Shown here: positions 44,403-54,031 of the stretch, piece by piece | Layout: each line of letters begins with the position of its first letter | How positions within the stretch are numbered: position 1 is the first letter of the stretch | Assembly (NCBI RefSeq): GCF_016903815.1 | Contig: NZ_CP069973.1 | Length of the DNA stretch: 64,000 nt | From: Escherichia coli | GTDB taxonomy: Bacteria > Pseudomonadota > Gammaproteobacteria > Enterobacterales > Enterobacteriaceae | Direction: 5' to 3' (one strand) | The notes under the pieces: model-generated | The model's input: the letters and a program-made list of their open reading frames with translations, nothing else | Told to the model about the DNA's origin: nothing | Database searches by the model: none | Program-made: the position numbers and the translations under genes

Positions 44403-46995
44403 TTGCATATTCCTTAGCCCAGCGGGGCAGTGATAACGTCTTAATAGCTGGCCATTCATCGGTATTGAGGCAGTCAGCCAGGGTTCGCAGATTGCGGTGA
44501 TATTCCAGCTGACCTGCCAGTTTTGCTTCTTCGCCCATCATGAAAATTTCAACCGGATAACGTCCGCATTCAATAGTTGTGCTGGCAACCAGAAAAACGA
44601 AAGTTGGCTGCACTCCAAACTGTGCTTCATAACCGTCACTGTAGAATGCATCCTGAACGTGATAGCGGTAGTCGTAATAAGCGGTTTTGAATCGTTGAAT
44701 ATCCGCCGTAGTTTTCACGTCCATGATCCAGTGAAATTCAGGGATAATTTTGTCCGGACGGCACCGACACAAAATTGCTGTTTCAGGATCTTCCCAGTAA
44801 ATTGATGATTCAGCGTGTCCGGCGCTTTCAACAAGCCATTGCCCCAGCGGCAAAGCCATAACGCTCTGATACATGAGTTCAATTTTCCGGCCTTCTTCGG
44901 CAGTGATAACCGTTTTTCCTGTGCTTGCGCATTCCCTCAGAAACGCTTTCTCTTCTTCTTTTCCGGAGTTTGTCCGGCGGTTAAATTCAGGTGCTACGAT
45001 AAAGCGGTTACTGAATTCTTCCGGCTCAAGTACCCGGCAGTGGAAAGCGGTTCCTAAATCGAGCGTTTTTGTCTTTGTGGTGTCCACGGGGGCATTTTTA
45101 CGCCACAAATACAGTGCCGGAGTATCAGCAATGTCATCGAGCTGAGACTTACTGACACCGGGACCCGCGTGGTAATTCTCATTCGAAATTCCGTAATAAA
45201 TACCTGGCTCTATGTCTTCTACGATTACGGGATCTGCGACTTCGCCAGTTTCATCACTGCAATCGCGATGCGGATCGCTGCCAGCATTCTCATTGTGCGG
45301 ATGTTCAGCGCCTTCCATTTCCTCCGGATCATTTTCCTTAGCTTCAACCTGACTCTCTTCATCGAATGTTTCCTGGTATGTTGCGTCGCCCATCACCGCA
45401 CCACAGTCAGGGCAGTTATCCCCGCCAGTCTGGCCGCAGGCATTGCAGGCTATTTCCGGTTCCTGTTGCACTACTGGCTCAGGTTGATTCATATCCGGGC
45501 TGGTTTTTTCCGTTTCTGGCTGGTTCTGGTACACACAATCGCGAGTCTGGATCCCCTTTACCCATTTCGGATCGTTCGGGTCGCTAATTCCGTCAACAAA
45601 TTCACCACGTGATGCAGCAAGCAATTTATCGGCATCGACAGGATTTTTTGATGGAATGTTTTTCCGGGCTTCATGGAGTTCTGCCCGCAGTTCCTGATAT
45701 TTCGCATCAACAGAATTTACCTGTGACTGAGCATCCAGCGGCTGCGTGTCCTGATGATGTTCAGTTGCGTCCGGTTCCATTGTTTCAGCCTCTCCCTGTT
45801 CAACTGCCGTTGTTCCAGATGGTTGCGGTTTTTCTTCATCATCCTGTTTTCCTTCTTCTGTTACTCGCTGCGGCATCGGGGCAGAGGAGCGACCGCAGGC
45901 AATATCCACGATTTCCGGATCAGGGTTGGCATGATCGGTTTCAGTCAGTACTTTGTTCAGATATTCAGTGACGTGCGCGGGGATGACCTCGATCCCAATT
46001 GGTGCTTCTTTTACGGACGCAACCACGATGGCGCGGGAATAATCCAGCCCGCCAGGCATGGTGATGAATTTGTCGCGGAAAACAGAAAAGGGCGGTTTAT
46101 TTTCAGCGATAATTTCCTCAATGCGTTTAGCGTGTGCCGGATGAAGGTTATAGATGTCCAGATCCATTGAACGGGCCAGTACGCCAGTGGCTACGTCGCG
46201 CGCCAGTGACGTCAGATCGTGTACGAAACCTTCGCCGCGATCGGTGAGGTTTCCGCCGCCAGCATTAGCACCGGAAGCCGTGCGAGTGATGTGTGAAACA
46301 CGATTACCCTTCATCCACTCTTTTGTCAGCAGTCCTCGATCGGTGTAGTCAGCGTTCAGGTATGCTTCGAAAAAAGCAGTTATCAGTCCCAGGTTTGAAT
46401 TACCAGGATTAGGGAAAACTTTGTCAGTGTCACGAACCAGTTTGTGGAGTTCGCGAATTTCCAGCGGGTCGAGCAGGCTGGTTTTGTGGGAAACAGCCAG
46501 GGCAGTAACAGCCGGTAGTTCTTCAGCCCGAGCAATGTGTAATGCCTGGAGTCCGTCGCGTGAAACGTGCGTTACCGGTTTTTCGCTGCCGTGTTGAGCA
46601 AGCCAACGAATGGGCAGTTCCTGGCCAGAAATTGGGAGTAGCATATTCTCCTCAATCTCAGTCATGTCTTCGCCGTTGACGTTGGTATTGCCTTGATAGT
46701 GAGCGTTGTCTGGTGCTGCTCCCGGTTTTAGTTCCCATGTCATGGAGTCTTTGCTGAGTTGATAGCGTTCACTCCAGGTAAAATCGATCTCACCTTCAGC
46801 GGGCAGGTCATTAACGACAGGAAAATTCGTGGCAACAGCTTTAAAATAGCTGCTCAGTTTTTTACCTGACTTAACGATCAGGTAGTCCAGAGTGGCACAG
46901 GTCGATTCAAAATCGTTGCTTGCCCACAGGACGACGTCAGGTTCACCGGATGATTTTTTCGCTTTCCGTAACAGGAAGAGTGGTTTTGTGCTCAT
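44395..46995 (-). CDS. recE: Exonuclease VIII (RecE), full length
   Basis: 866 aa. Recognised as RecE, with an acidic low-complexity middle and a C-terminal exonuclease domain. Confidence 0.95.
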
Positions 46996-47096
46996 TGTTT
47001 TTTAACCTCAACTCAGATTAAAATTCGTTTTGTTCAGTGAATGATCTTGCCGGATACACACTGTTCATAGCCTGCGTCATACGCAGGCTATTTCTT

Positions 47097-47372
47097 TCAG
47101 ATTTCACCTTTTAATTTCATTGCAATTAGAGTTGCCAGAAATTCGGCTTTTTTTTCTGTGGGCAGATTCTTTCCGATATGCACCAGGCACATTTTTTTGA
47201 CACCTTCATCAAGTGTTTTTACGTTGCCTGATGGACCATCGATATCAACCACAGTGAATGGGGTTTCTTTATTTTCTGTTTTAATTACGTAGCCAATGCG
47301 CTTTCCTTCCAGATTCACCTCGTGAACAATGTCATCGGTAGTTACAACAGTGGCTTCATAATTGGTAATCAT
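47097..47372 (-). CDS. racC: Rac protein RacC
   Basis: Start is set at MITNYEATVVTTDD (91 aa). Confidence 0.88.
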   Translation of the reverse strand: MITNYEATVVTTDDIVHEVNLEGKRIGYVIKTENKETPFTVVDIDGPSGNVKTLDEGVKKMCLVHIGKNLPTEKKAEFLATLIAMKLKGEI

Positions 47373-47446
47373 GTTTTTCTCCTTAATTAAGGTTGAGCGA
47401 ATACCTGCCATTTCTGGCATAAATTCAGTTTCGAATAGTCAATTAA

Positions 47447-47617
47447 TTAAAGTTCATGTGCCATCTGGTCTTTTTCGGCACAAGCTTCACTGCAATATTT
47501 TCTCGGTTCGTCTTTTGATAAAATCCCGTGCATGAAGTGAAGCATTCTTTCAATAGCTTTGCTTTCTTCAACGTCTTTTTTGCAAAGGTGGTAAGCACAT
47601 TTTATTTTCTTAGTCAT
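47447..47617 (-). CDS. ydaE: Small Cys-rich (zinc-binding) protein YdaE
   Basis: Hand-translated 56 aa: [56 protein letters not shown]. Its ATG overlaps the kilR stop by 1 nt. Below the ORF-track cutoff. Confidence 0.85.
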   Translation of the reverse strand: MTKKIKCAYHLCKKDVEESKAIERMLHFMHGILSKDEPRKYCSEACAEKDQMAHEL

Positions 47618-47838
47618 CACCATGACTCCGCCTTTACAGGTAAACCATCACGACCGAGGAAGACTTTAATCATGCGGTCAGTAATGCATGTTTTTGTGGT
47701 CAGGTTACGAATATATAGTTTTCGCTTTTTAATATTGTTTGCCGAGGCAATATATGTCCGGCCTTCATGAAGAACATAATCGCCAGGAGTCACACACTGA
47801 CGTGGTATTTCATCAGTTCCGAAGTGATGTGCAATCAT
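47617..47838 (-). CDS. kilR: FtsZ-inhibiting killing protein KilR
   Basis: Start is set at [15 protein letters not shown] (73 aa). Confidence 0.9.
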   Translation of the reverse strand: MIAHHFGTDEIPRQCVTPGDYVLHEGRTYIASANNIKKRKLYIRNLTTKTCITDRMIKVFLGRDGLPVKAESW

Positions 47839-48279
47839 AATTATCTCCATTTTTACAAATGAACTTTGTTGATGCGGTGCCTGGTGCCTCCAGGTGACTG
47901 CAACCAGTTAACAATTACAGTCGGCTTTCCCACCCAAACCAATAAGGACTAACATGACTTTTAACTGTGCCACGTGCGCTTAGCCGCATTCACCGCATCA
48001 CAAAATTCACTTTAAAAAGGGCGGACATCAGCCGAACTTCAAGAAAAAAACTGATGCCGCCAGGACTACACACAGCAATGTCGTTATTTACAACCGGAGG
48101 CGCACTCCCACCATTTAAATTTAACAGACAAGACCGACTCTTTATGGATATCGGAAATGCGCCTTCGTGTTGTGCCCGGTTTTATTTCACCACCTCCGGG
48201 CTTCGGTGGTCTCGGCTATACCCCTACAGCGAGAGCTTGTGTTAACATTTCAATACCCTTACAGTTGAGAGTTATTGAT

Positions 48280-48768
48280 ATGTTGGATGTATTTACTCCA
48301 TTGTTGAAACTTTTTGCTAACGAGCCACTCGAAAGACTTATGTATACGATTATCATTTTTGGTCTCACTCTCTGGCTGATACCGAAAGAGTTTACTGTCG
48401 CATTCAATGCTTATACTGAAATACCTTGGCTCTTTCAGATTATCGTTTTTGCCTTTTCTTTCGTGGTCGCCATTTCCTTCTCAAGATTGCGAGCACATAT
48501 TCAAAAGCATTATTCATTACTACCAGAGCAACGAGTATTGCTTCGTTTATCTGAGAAAGAAATCGCTGTATTTAAAGATTTCCTTAAAACAGGAAATCTT
48601 ATTATCACTTCTCCTTGCCGTAACCCGGTTATGAAAAAATTAGAACGGAAGGGCATCATTCAACATCAGAGTGATAGCGCAAACTGTTCTTATTATCTCG
48701 TCACCGAAAAATACTCCCATTTTATGAAGTTATTCTGGAACAGCAGGAGTAGACGTTTTAATCGTTAG
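48280..48768 (+). CDS. sieB: Superinfection exclusion protein SieB
   Basis: Start is set at MLDVFTPLLKLFANEPLERL (162 aa). It has two TM helices. The upstream extension of ORF 48157 was rejected. Confidence 0.9.
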   Translation: MLDVFTPLLKLFANEPLERLMYTIIIFGLTLWLIPKEFTVAFNAYTEIPWLFQIIVFAFSFVVAISFSRLRAHIQKHYSLLPEQRVLLRLSEKEIAVFKDFLKTGNLIITSPCRNPVMKKLERKGIIQHQSDSANCSYYLVTEKYSHFMKLFWNSRSRRFNR

Positions 48769-48920
48769 CTTACTGTGTGCTTCTCCAACCATCGGCGCGC
48801 ACCAGTTTCGGTTTTAAATGTTTTGCTTTTGGTATACGTCATGGCAGTGAACGTTCCATCCTGGTTGGGGAACACGCCGCACACCAGGGATTCGTTGTTG
48901 CCGAGGTCGATTTTTTGCAT
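48765..48920 (-). CDS. ydaF: Rac small protein YdaF
   Basis: Hand-translated 51 aa: MQKIDLGNNESLVCGVFPNQDGTFTAMTYTKSKTFKTETGARRWLEKHTVS. It overlaps the sieB 3' end by 4 nt. Confidence 0.8.
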   Translation of the reverse strand: MQKIDLGNNESLVCGVFPNQDGTFTAMTYTKSKTFKTETGARRWLEKHTVS

Positions 48921-48930
48921 TTTGCGAATC

Positions 48931-49065
48931 TCACATCTTGTTGCTACGTATAGCGACTTCTGCCTGCCAGAGATCCCAGTCGTTGCTGCGTAAAGCCTGC
49001 ACAGCCTGGTTGTAAGTGATACCGCAACAATCCATCAAATACTGAACTACTTCGTAATGCACCAT
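48931..49065 (-). CDS. ydaG: Rac small protein YdaG
   Basis: Hand-translated 44 aa: MVHYEVVQYLMDCCGITYNQAVQALRSNDWDLWQAEVAIRSNKM. An SD (aagggga) lies upstream. Confidence 0.8.
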   Translation of the reverse strand: MVHYEVVQYLMDCCGITYNQAVQALRSNDWDLWQAEVAIRSNKM

Positions 49066-49233
49066 CTTATCTATCCCCTTAACGCCGGGTGGCGGAACTA
49101 ACTGCTGCACTGCAAAATTTGAATCCCGCCGTCATGTTCATACGCCTCGGGCTGGCTACTTAACCCCTGACCACTGCCTGGTAACTCGAAGTATTGCCCG
49201 GCGTTCTGTGGGGCGGGGTGGGTTGGTAGGTAT

Positions 49234-49278
49234 ATAATGTACTTTGTGTTCATCATTGTAAAGTACTTTAAGTACATT
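49234..49278 (-). promoter_or_regulatory. Candidate leftward early promoter (PL-like) with three GTAC-centred operator-like sites
   Basis: Minus strand reads TTTACA-17 nt-CATTAT (49262 down to 49234). The sites are AATGTACTTT (49236-45), the perfect palindrome AAAGTACTTT (49260-69) and TAAGTACATT (49269-78). Confidence 0.55.
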
Positions 49279-49352
49279 TTATGTATAAAAAAATGAGACG
49301 GGATAAAGTGAAGCACAAACCCGGAGGGGGACGCTACCGGATTTATGCTGGT

Positions 49353-49772
49353 TTAAGAGGCTTTTTGTTTTTTCTTTCGTGCTAACTCTTCGTAAATTGC
49401 ATTGTACTTCTGTTTTTTCTCCTCAAGAGTTTTTAAAAGTTCATCTGTCTCACTGTCAGGGAGCTCGTCCAGAAGGTCAATGATGATTTTTTGTCTTGGA
49501 TTTAACTCCTGATAGAAACGTATCTGTCCACTTTCTTCTGTATCCTCTCCCAAAAGATAGGTTGGTGTTGTTCCAATGAGTGTTGCTAATTCCCTTAATT
49601 TCTCTCGGCGAGGAATTGTTTCACCATTAAACCATTTGCTAACCGCTTTTGGTGTTAATTTCATTCGACGGGCAATTTCTGCCTGCCTTCCATGTTGTTC
49701 ATAACCAGCGTTTTCACAGGCTAGCGCAAGCCTACTGGCGAACTCTTTACGCGCTTTATCTTCATGAACCAT
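49353..49772 (-). CDS. CI-like prophage repressor (XRE HTH, no S24 peptidase domain), in the racR position
   Basis: 139 aa. The HTH is GRQAEIARRMKLTPKAVSKWFNGETIPRREKLRELATLIG. The C-terminus is an acidic/lysine-rich helical tail (..KTLEEKKQKYNAIYEELARKKKQKAS). I cannot confirm identity to K-12 RacR. Confidence 0.8.
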   Translation of the reverse strand: MVHEDKARKEFASRLALACENAGYEQHGRQAEIARRMKLTPKAVSKWFNGETIPRREKLRELATLIGTTPTYLLGEDTEESGQIRFYQELNPRQKIIIDLLDELPDSETDELLKTLEEKKQKYNAIYEELARKKKQKAS

Positions 49773-49792
49773 AAGTTCAATGATATTCGCTC

Positions 49793-49829
49793 TTGAATGT
49801 ACTGTCAGTTCTGTTATAGCATGTACTCA
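49793..49829 (+). promoter_or_regulatory. Candidate rightward early promoter (PR-like) with operator-like ATGTACT sites
   Basis: TTGAAT-16 nt-TATAGC (49793-49820). ATGTACT occurs at 49797-49803 and 49821-49827, the same heptamer as in the PL-like region. Confidence 0.5.
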
Positions 49830-49851
49830 AAGTTCACATTGTGAGGGTGAT

Positions 49852-50106
49852 ATGAACCAGAAAACACTTGAAGATGTAATCAAAACTGTTCGCGTTTCTG
49901 TTGTGGCCGACGTTTGTGGTGTCAGCCAAAGAGCAATCTACAAATGGATGGATAACGGAAAATTGCCTCGCACAGAATATACCGGCGAAACAAATTACGC
50001 TGAAAAAATCGCTCATGCATCAAACGGATTATTTTCTGCCGATGCAATTTTAACTATTGGCAGAAATAAAACTACTACGAAAAAGCTGATGGGAGTTGAT
50101 TCATGA
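49852..50106 (+). CDS. Cro-like HTH protein (ydaS position)
   Basis: Start is set at MNQKTLEDVIKT (84 aa), with an SD (gaggg) upstream. The HTH is VADVCGVSQRAIYKWMDNGKLP. Confidence 0.75.
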   Translation: MNQKTLEDVIKTVRVSVVADVCGVSQRAIYKWMDNGKLPRTEYTGETNYAEKIAHASNGLFSADAILTIGRNKTTTKKLMGVDS

Positions 50107-50525
50107 AAATCAAGCATGAGCACATCGAATCAGTGTTGTTAGCCCTGGCAGCCGAAAAAGGGCAGGCGTGGGTCGCTAACGCAATTACTGAAGAATATCT
50201 GCGCCAGGGGGGCGGCGAATTGCCCCTGGTACCAGGCAAGGACTGGAACAATCAGCAGAATATCTATCATCGTTGGTTGAAAGGTGAAACGAATGCGCAA
50301 AGGGAAAAAATTCAGAAACTGATCCCTGCGGTTCTGGCAATTCTTCCTCGCGAGCTGCGTCACCGACTCTGCATCTTCGATACCCTGGAACGCCGTGCAT
50401 TACTGGCGGCACAGGATGCACTGAGTACGGCAATTGATGCGCATGATGATGCAGTCCAGGCCGTTTACCGTAAAGCACATTTCAGCGGCGGCGGTTCTCC
50501 TAGCGATTCTGTCGTAGTGCATTGA
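50103..50525 (+). CDS. ydaT: YdaT (CII-like / YdaT-toxin domain protein)
   Basis: 140 aa, MKIKHEHIESVLLALAAEKGQAWVANAITEEYLRQGGGELPLVPGKDW... Recognised as Rac YdaT. Coupled to the upstream gene by an ATGA overlap. Confidence 0.85.
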   Translation: MKIKHEHIESVLLALAAEKGQAWVANAITEEYLRQGGGELPLVPGKDWNNQQNIYHRWLKGETNAQREKIQKLIPAVLAILPRELRHRLCIFDTLERRALLAAQDALSTAIDAHDDAVQAVYRKAHFSGGGSPSDSVVVH

Positions 50526-50569
50526 TTGAAATTAATCGTACCGAACTGTTTTGTTCGGTATCAGTTAAA

Positions 50570-50590
50570 TGTAACGCTGCGAGCGTTACA
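50570..50590. repeat. Iteron 1: perfect 21-bp palindrome TGTAACGCT-gcg-AGCGTTACA
   Basis: Read directly from the sequence. It ends 13 bp upstream of the initiator-gene ATG and abuts the SD. Confidence 0.9.
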
Positions 50591-50602
50591 AGGTGAAAAC
50601 AA

Positions 50603-51391
50603 ATGGCTTCAAACTGGATAAAGCTCGAAGTTATTACGCCGGATAAGCCGGAAATATTCAGGCTTGCTGAGATTCTGAATATTGATCCAGATGCCGCATT
50701 AGGGAAAGTCATTCGCTTCTGGGCATGGGCGGATCAACAAATGATAGACGGTAACGCAGAGTGTAACGCTCGCGGCGTTACAAAAAGTGCAATAGATCGC
50801 ATCACTTTTATGGCTGGTTTTGCTGATGCGTTAATTCAGGTTGGATGGCTGGTCGAAACTAATGGTGTGTTGTCGCTTCCTAACTTTGAGCGCCATAACG
50901 GGAAAAGCTCTAAAAAACGGGCGGTTACAAACGAGAGAGTAACAAAAATACGAGAACTGAAACGAAAAGGTAACGCTGCCAGCGTTACAAAAACGGATCA
51001 AAAAGCGTTACCAGAGGAAGAGAAAGAGGAAGATATAAATACTTATCTCCCCCTAAATCCCCCTCGCCAAAAACGAGCGTCTAAAAAATTCGAACCGGAG
51101 GCTATCGAGCTGCCTGACTGGTTGCCGGAAACACTCTGGCATGAGTGGGTTCAGTTCAGGCAGGCATTGCGAAAACCGATTCGAACGGAGCAGGGCGCTA
51201 ACGGGGCGATACGGGAGCTGGAAAAATTCCGCCAGCAGGGTTTTTCACCTGAGCAGGTGATTCGACACAGCATCGCCAACGAATACCAGGGCTTGTTCGC
51301 GCCGAAAGGTGTTCGACCTGAGACGTTACTCCGACAGGTTAACACCGTCTCGTTACCGGATAGTGCGATCCCGCCAGGCTTCAGGGGGTAA
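50603..51391 (+). CDS. Replication initiator / replisome-organiser-like protein (ydaU position)
   Basis: 262 aa with an SD (aaggtg). It lies immediately upstream of the DnaC-like ydaV. The C-terminal segment (LPDWLPETLWHEWVQFRQALRKPI..) resembles DnaT/phage O-type C-termini. It contains iterons. Confidence 0.7.
   Translation: MASNWIKLEVITPDKPEIFRLAEILNIDPDAALGKVIRFWAWADQQMIDGNAECNARGVTKSAIDRITFMAGFADALIQVGWLVETNGVLSLPNFERHNGKSSKKRAVTNERVTKIRELKRKGNAASVTKTDQKALPEEEKEEDINTYLPLNPPRQKRASKKFEPEAIELPDWLPETLWHEWVQFRQALRKPIRTEQGANGAIRELEKFRQQGFSPEQVIRHSIANEYQGLFAPKGVRPETLLRQVNTVSLPDSAIPPGFRG
50761..50781. repeat. Iteron 2: TGTAACGCT-cgc-GGCGTTACA
   Basis: Same 21-bp format with one arm mismatch. 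A half-site GGTAACGC lies at 50749-50756. Confidence 0.9.
50969..50989. repeat. Iteron 3: GGTAACGCT-gcc-AGCGTTACA
   Basis: Same 21-bp format with one outer mismatch. Half-sites lie at 50921-50929, 50939-50944 and 51004-51011. A 21-nt pure purine run lies at 51013-51033. Confidence 0.9.
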
Positions 51392-51397
51392 CTGACC

Positions 51398-52144
51398 ATG
51401 AAAAATATTGCGACAGGCGACGTTCTTGAACGTATCCGCAGACTGGCCCCGTCACATGTAACCGCGCCATTCAAGACGGTAGCGGAGTGGCGCGAGTGGC
51501 AACTTTCCGAAGGCCAGAAACGTTGTGAGGAGATCAACCGTCAGAATCGTCAGTTGCGGGTGGAAAAAATTCTGAATCACTCTGGCATCCAGCCATTGCA
51601 CCGCAAATGCTCGTTTTCGAATTACCAGGTGCAGAACGAAGGGCAGCGATACGCGTTGAGTCAGGCGAAATCCATCGCTGATGAACTGATGACCGGGTGT
51701 ACAAATTTTGCGTTCAGCGGAAAACCTGGTACCGGGAAGAACCACTTAGCGGCAGCTATCGGGAATCGCCTGCTGAAAGACGGTCAGACAGTGATTGTGG
51801 TTACCGTGGCTGATGTTATGAGTGCCCTGCACGCCAGCTATGACGACGGGCAGTCAGGCGAAAAATTTTTGCGGGAACTGTGCGAAGTGGATCTGCTGGT
51901 TCTTGATGAAATTGGCATTCAGCGCGAGACGAAAAACGAGCAGGTGGTACTGCACCAGATTGTTGATCGCCGGACAGCGTCGATGCGCAGCGTGGGGATG
52001 CTGACAAACCTGAACTATGAGGCCATGAAAACATTGCTTGGCGAGCGGATTATGGATCGCATGACCATGAACGGCGGGCGATGGGTGAATTTCAACTGGG
52101 AGAGCTGGCGTCCGAATGTCGTCCAGCCAGGAATTGCGAAGTAA
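51398..52144 (+). CDS. ydaV: DnaC/IstB-like helicase loader ATPase
   Basis: 248 aa with Walker [11 protein letters not shown] and Walker B LLVLDEIG. Recognised as YdaV. Confidence 0.92.
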   Translation: MKNIATGDVLERIRRLAPSHVTAPFKTVAEWREWQLSEGQKRCEEINRQNRQLRVEKILNHSGIQPLHRKCSFSNYQVQNEGQRYALSQAKSIADELMTGCTNFAFSGKPGTGKNHLAAAIGNRLLKDGQTVIVVTVADVMSALHASYDDGQSGEKFLRELCEVDLLVLDEIGIQRETKNEQVVLHQIVDRRTASMRSVGMLTNLNYEAMKTLLGERIMDRMTMNGGRWVNFNWESWRPNVVQPGIAK

Positions 52145-52166
52145 TTTTTACCGGGAGAAAAATTTA

Positions 52167-52928
52167 ATGGAGACTGTTTTTGACGTACTGAAAGCAATGG
52201 GAAAAGCCACATCCATAGAACTTGCTGCGCGACTTGATATCAGTCGTGAAGAAGTGCTGAACGAACTATGGGAACTGAAAAAGGCTGGTTTCGTTGATAA
52301 AAGCGCGTACACCTGGCGTGTGGCTGATAACAACGTTCAGCAGGAACAGCCAGCGCCGGCAGAACTGCCGGAAGAAACTACCACGGCAACAGTCGCGAAA
52401 ATTTCAGAGAGCGATTTAACTGCGACGATTGAACAACGTGGACCACAAACGGCGGATGAGCTGGCTACATTGTTTGGTACCACATCACGCAAAGTGGCTT
52501 CAACGCTGGCAATGGCAATCAGCAAAGGTCGTCTGCTTCGCGTAAATCAGGGCGGTAAATTTCGTTACTGCATACCGGGCGATAATTTACCAGCAGAGCC
52601 GAAAGCAGCATCGGTAGCGGAAACTGCTGGTAAGGCCTTTCCTCAGCCCGCAGGTGTTGCGTTACCAGTACAGGAGGCTGCAACACAGGAAGATATTAAA
52701 ACAGAAACTGTGGCGGACATTGTGCAGTCGCTGCCATCGTTTACTGAAACGCGAGCGGATGACCTGGTTTTACCATCACTGCATATGGCAAACCGCGAAC
52801 TGCGTCGGGCGAAAAATCATGTCCAGAAGTGGGAGCGTGTCTGCGCCGCGCTGCGGGAGCTGAACAAGCACAGGGATATTGTACGACAGATTACTGATTC
52901 TTCCCGCCATGTTGCATCGGAAAAGTGA
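52167..52928 (+). CDS. ydaW: Winged-helix phage protein (DUF1627-like), full-length form of K-12 ydaW
   Basis: Start is set at [43 protein letters not shown] (253 aa), with an SD (gggaga). In K-12 only an N-terminal fragment is annotated (from memory). Confidence 0.7.
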   Translation: METVFDVLKAMGKATSIELAARLDISREEVLNELWELKKAGFVDKSAYTWRVADNNVQQEQPAPAELPEETTTATVAKISESDLTATIEQRGPQTADELATLFGTTSRKVASTLAMAISKGRLLRVNQGGKFRYCIPGDNLPAEPKAASVAETAGKAFPQPAGVALPVQEAATQEDIKTETVADIVQSLPSFTETRADDLVLPSLHMANRELRRAKNHVQKWERVCAALRELNKHRDIVRQITDSSRHVASEK

Positions 52929-52943
52929 TTGCCGGAGGCACCT

Positions 52944-53366
52944 ATGGCAAAAGTATTTACACCAGAAGAGCGGGAAAAAATTAAAGGGCAGGTTGTTGAA
53001 CTTGTACGTCTGAGCGGTCGCGAGACGTTACGGGCTCTGGAGGCTAAAACCGGTGCATCAAGGTATTACATAAGCACTCTCGCCAGAGAACTGGTCGCCA
53101 GTGGTGATGTTTACAATTCAGGCTACGGATTATTCCCGTCTGAGCAGGCGCGTAAAGACTGGCAAAACGCCCGCAAAAAACTATCGAGGGCAAAGGTGAA
53201 GAAACCTGCTGTAGTTGATCCGGACCTTATCTGGTCATTACCAGACGGAGAAATACGCCGCTATGACAGGCGTCTGAATATAATCTGTCGCGAGTGCCGG
53301 AAGAGCGAAGTCATGCAGCGTGTACTGGCGTTCTATCAGGGTAATTTTCAGGATGTGCTGTTGTGA
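52944..53366 (+). CDS. Hypothetical phage protein (possible wHTH)
   Basis: 140 aa from the ATG with a GGAGG SD 5 nt upstream: MAKVFTPEEREKIKGQVVELVRLSGRETLRALEAKTGASRYYISTLAREL.. Confidence 0.65.
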   Translation: MAKVFTPEEREKIKGQVVELVRLSGRETLRALEAKTGASRYYISTLARELVASGDVYNSGYGLFPSEQARKDWQNARKKLSRAKVKKPAVVDPDLIWSLPDGEIRRYDRRLNIICRECRKSEVMQRVLAFYQGNFQDVLL

Positions 53367-53527
53367 GCCAAATTAACAATCAGGGAACTGCGTGAACTGA
53401 AAGAGAAATCATAATCCAAATCTGAATAATTAAATTTAGCACTGTAAATAAAATTTAATCCTTAACCGGAGGGGGGGGCTGCACCCTCAAAATATTAGGA
53501 GGCGGCCCGAAAGGGCGGTAATGAAAA

Positions 53528-54031
53528 ATGACTGAATTAACCAAAAAGCAATTAATCGAAGAAGCTAAATTAAAAATAGCGATTGAGAAATGCCACCCCA
53601 ATTCAGGGATGGCACGGGTAGAGGGCGAATTATTCAAAATTGCTCTGGCATCGCTGGAAGCAGAGCCAGTTGGTGATTTTTATGAATACAAACCGGATGA
53701 CTGGTATCAGCGTTCGGCTGGAGATAAAGCGCCAAAATGGACGCCACCCTATGCCGTTTTTCCAGCGCCCGTAGTGCCGGAAGAAATGGATTTGCTTACA
53801 TGCCATCTCGATGGTGTAACTGAAACATATGCTGAGGGATGGAACGCTTGCCGCGCTGCCCTGCTTCAGGGCAAAGGGGAGCCCGGGAAACAAGTTCGCG
53901 AATTGACAATGCTGGTTAAACAATTGGTTAGTCAACTGAAGAAACCGAAACCGGGCTGCAAATTGCCGGATAAAGTGATGGACTACCTGGAGCGAAGCGG
54001 ACTTATAAGCGTGGAGGATGTTTTACGATGA
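53528..54031 (+). CDS. Hypothetical phage protein (ead/Ea22-like region protein)
   Basis: 167 aa. The motif ..AEGWNACRAALLQ.. is one I associate with ead/Ea22-type lambdoid accessory proteins. That family assignment is unverified. Confidence 0.6.
   Translation: MTELTKKQLIEEAKLKIAIEKCHPNSGMARVEGELFKIALASLEAEPVGDFYEYKPDDWYQRSAGDKAPKWTPPYAVFPAPVVPEEMDLLTCHLDGVTETYAEGWNACRAALLQGKGEPGKQVRELTMLVKQLVSQLKKPKPGCKLPDKVMDYLERSGLISVEDVLR

Noticed and set aside
44497-46348. A chain of plus-strand ORFs (up to 147 aa) lies opposite recE.
   Set aside because: recE is a recognised 866-aa gene. The antisense ORFs are low-complexity mirror images of its acidic/Pro-rich region and have no SD.
47067-47096. A perfect 11-bp-stem hairpin (atagcctgcgt-cat-acgcaggctat) followed by TTCTTTC lies between racC and recE.
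   Set aside because: Its U-tract is on the plus strand, but every neighbouring gene is on the minus strand. On the minus strand no U-tract follows. It may modulate recE expression (sbcA biology), but I cannot support a terminator call.
47967-48279. ORF 47967-48245 and the 41-codon N-terminal extension of sieB (from 48157).
   Set aside because: The recognised SieB begins at MLDVFTPLL (48280). The upstream stretch is a structured non-coding region with hairpins (for example ggcggacatcag...ctgatgccgcc), and the extension has no SD.
49233-49238. A perfect TATAAT on the plus strand points toward the 3' end of the repressor gene, which could give an antisense promoter.
   Set aside because: There is no -35 or extended -10 (the upstream DNA is GC-rich gggcggggtgggttgg). 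The hexamer is part of a TATATA palindromic stretch that also serves the minus-strand PL-like promoter, so it is probably coincidental.
49098-49316. A 72-aa minus-strand ORF lies between ydaG and the repressor gene, where lambda would have N.
   Set aside because: It starts inside the operator/promoter cluster, has no SD, and has an odd composition. I saw no convincing nut-like boxA/boxB. It is treated as the 5' UTR of the leftward operon.
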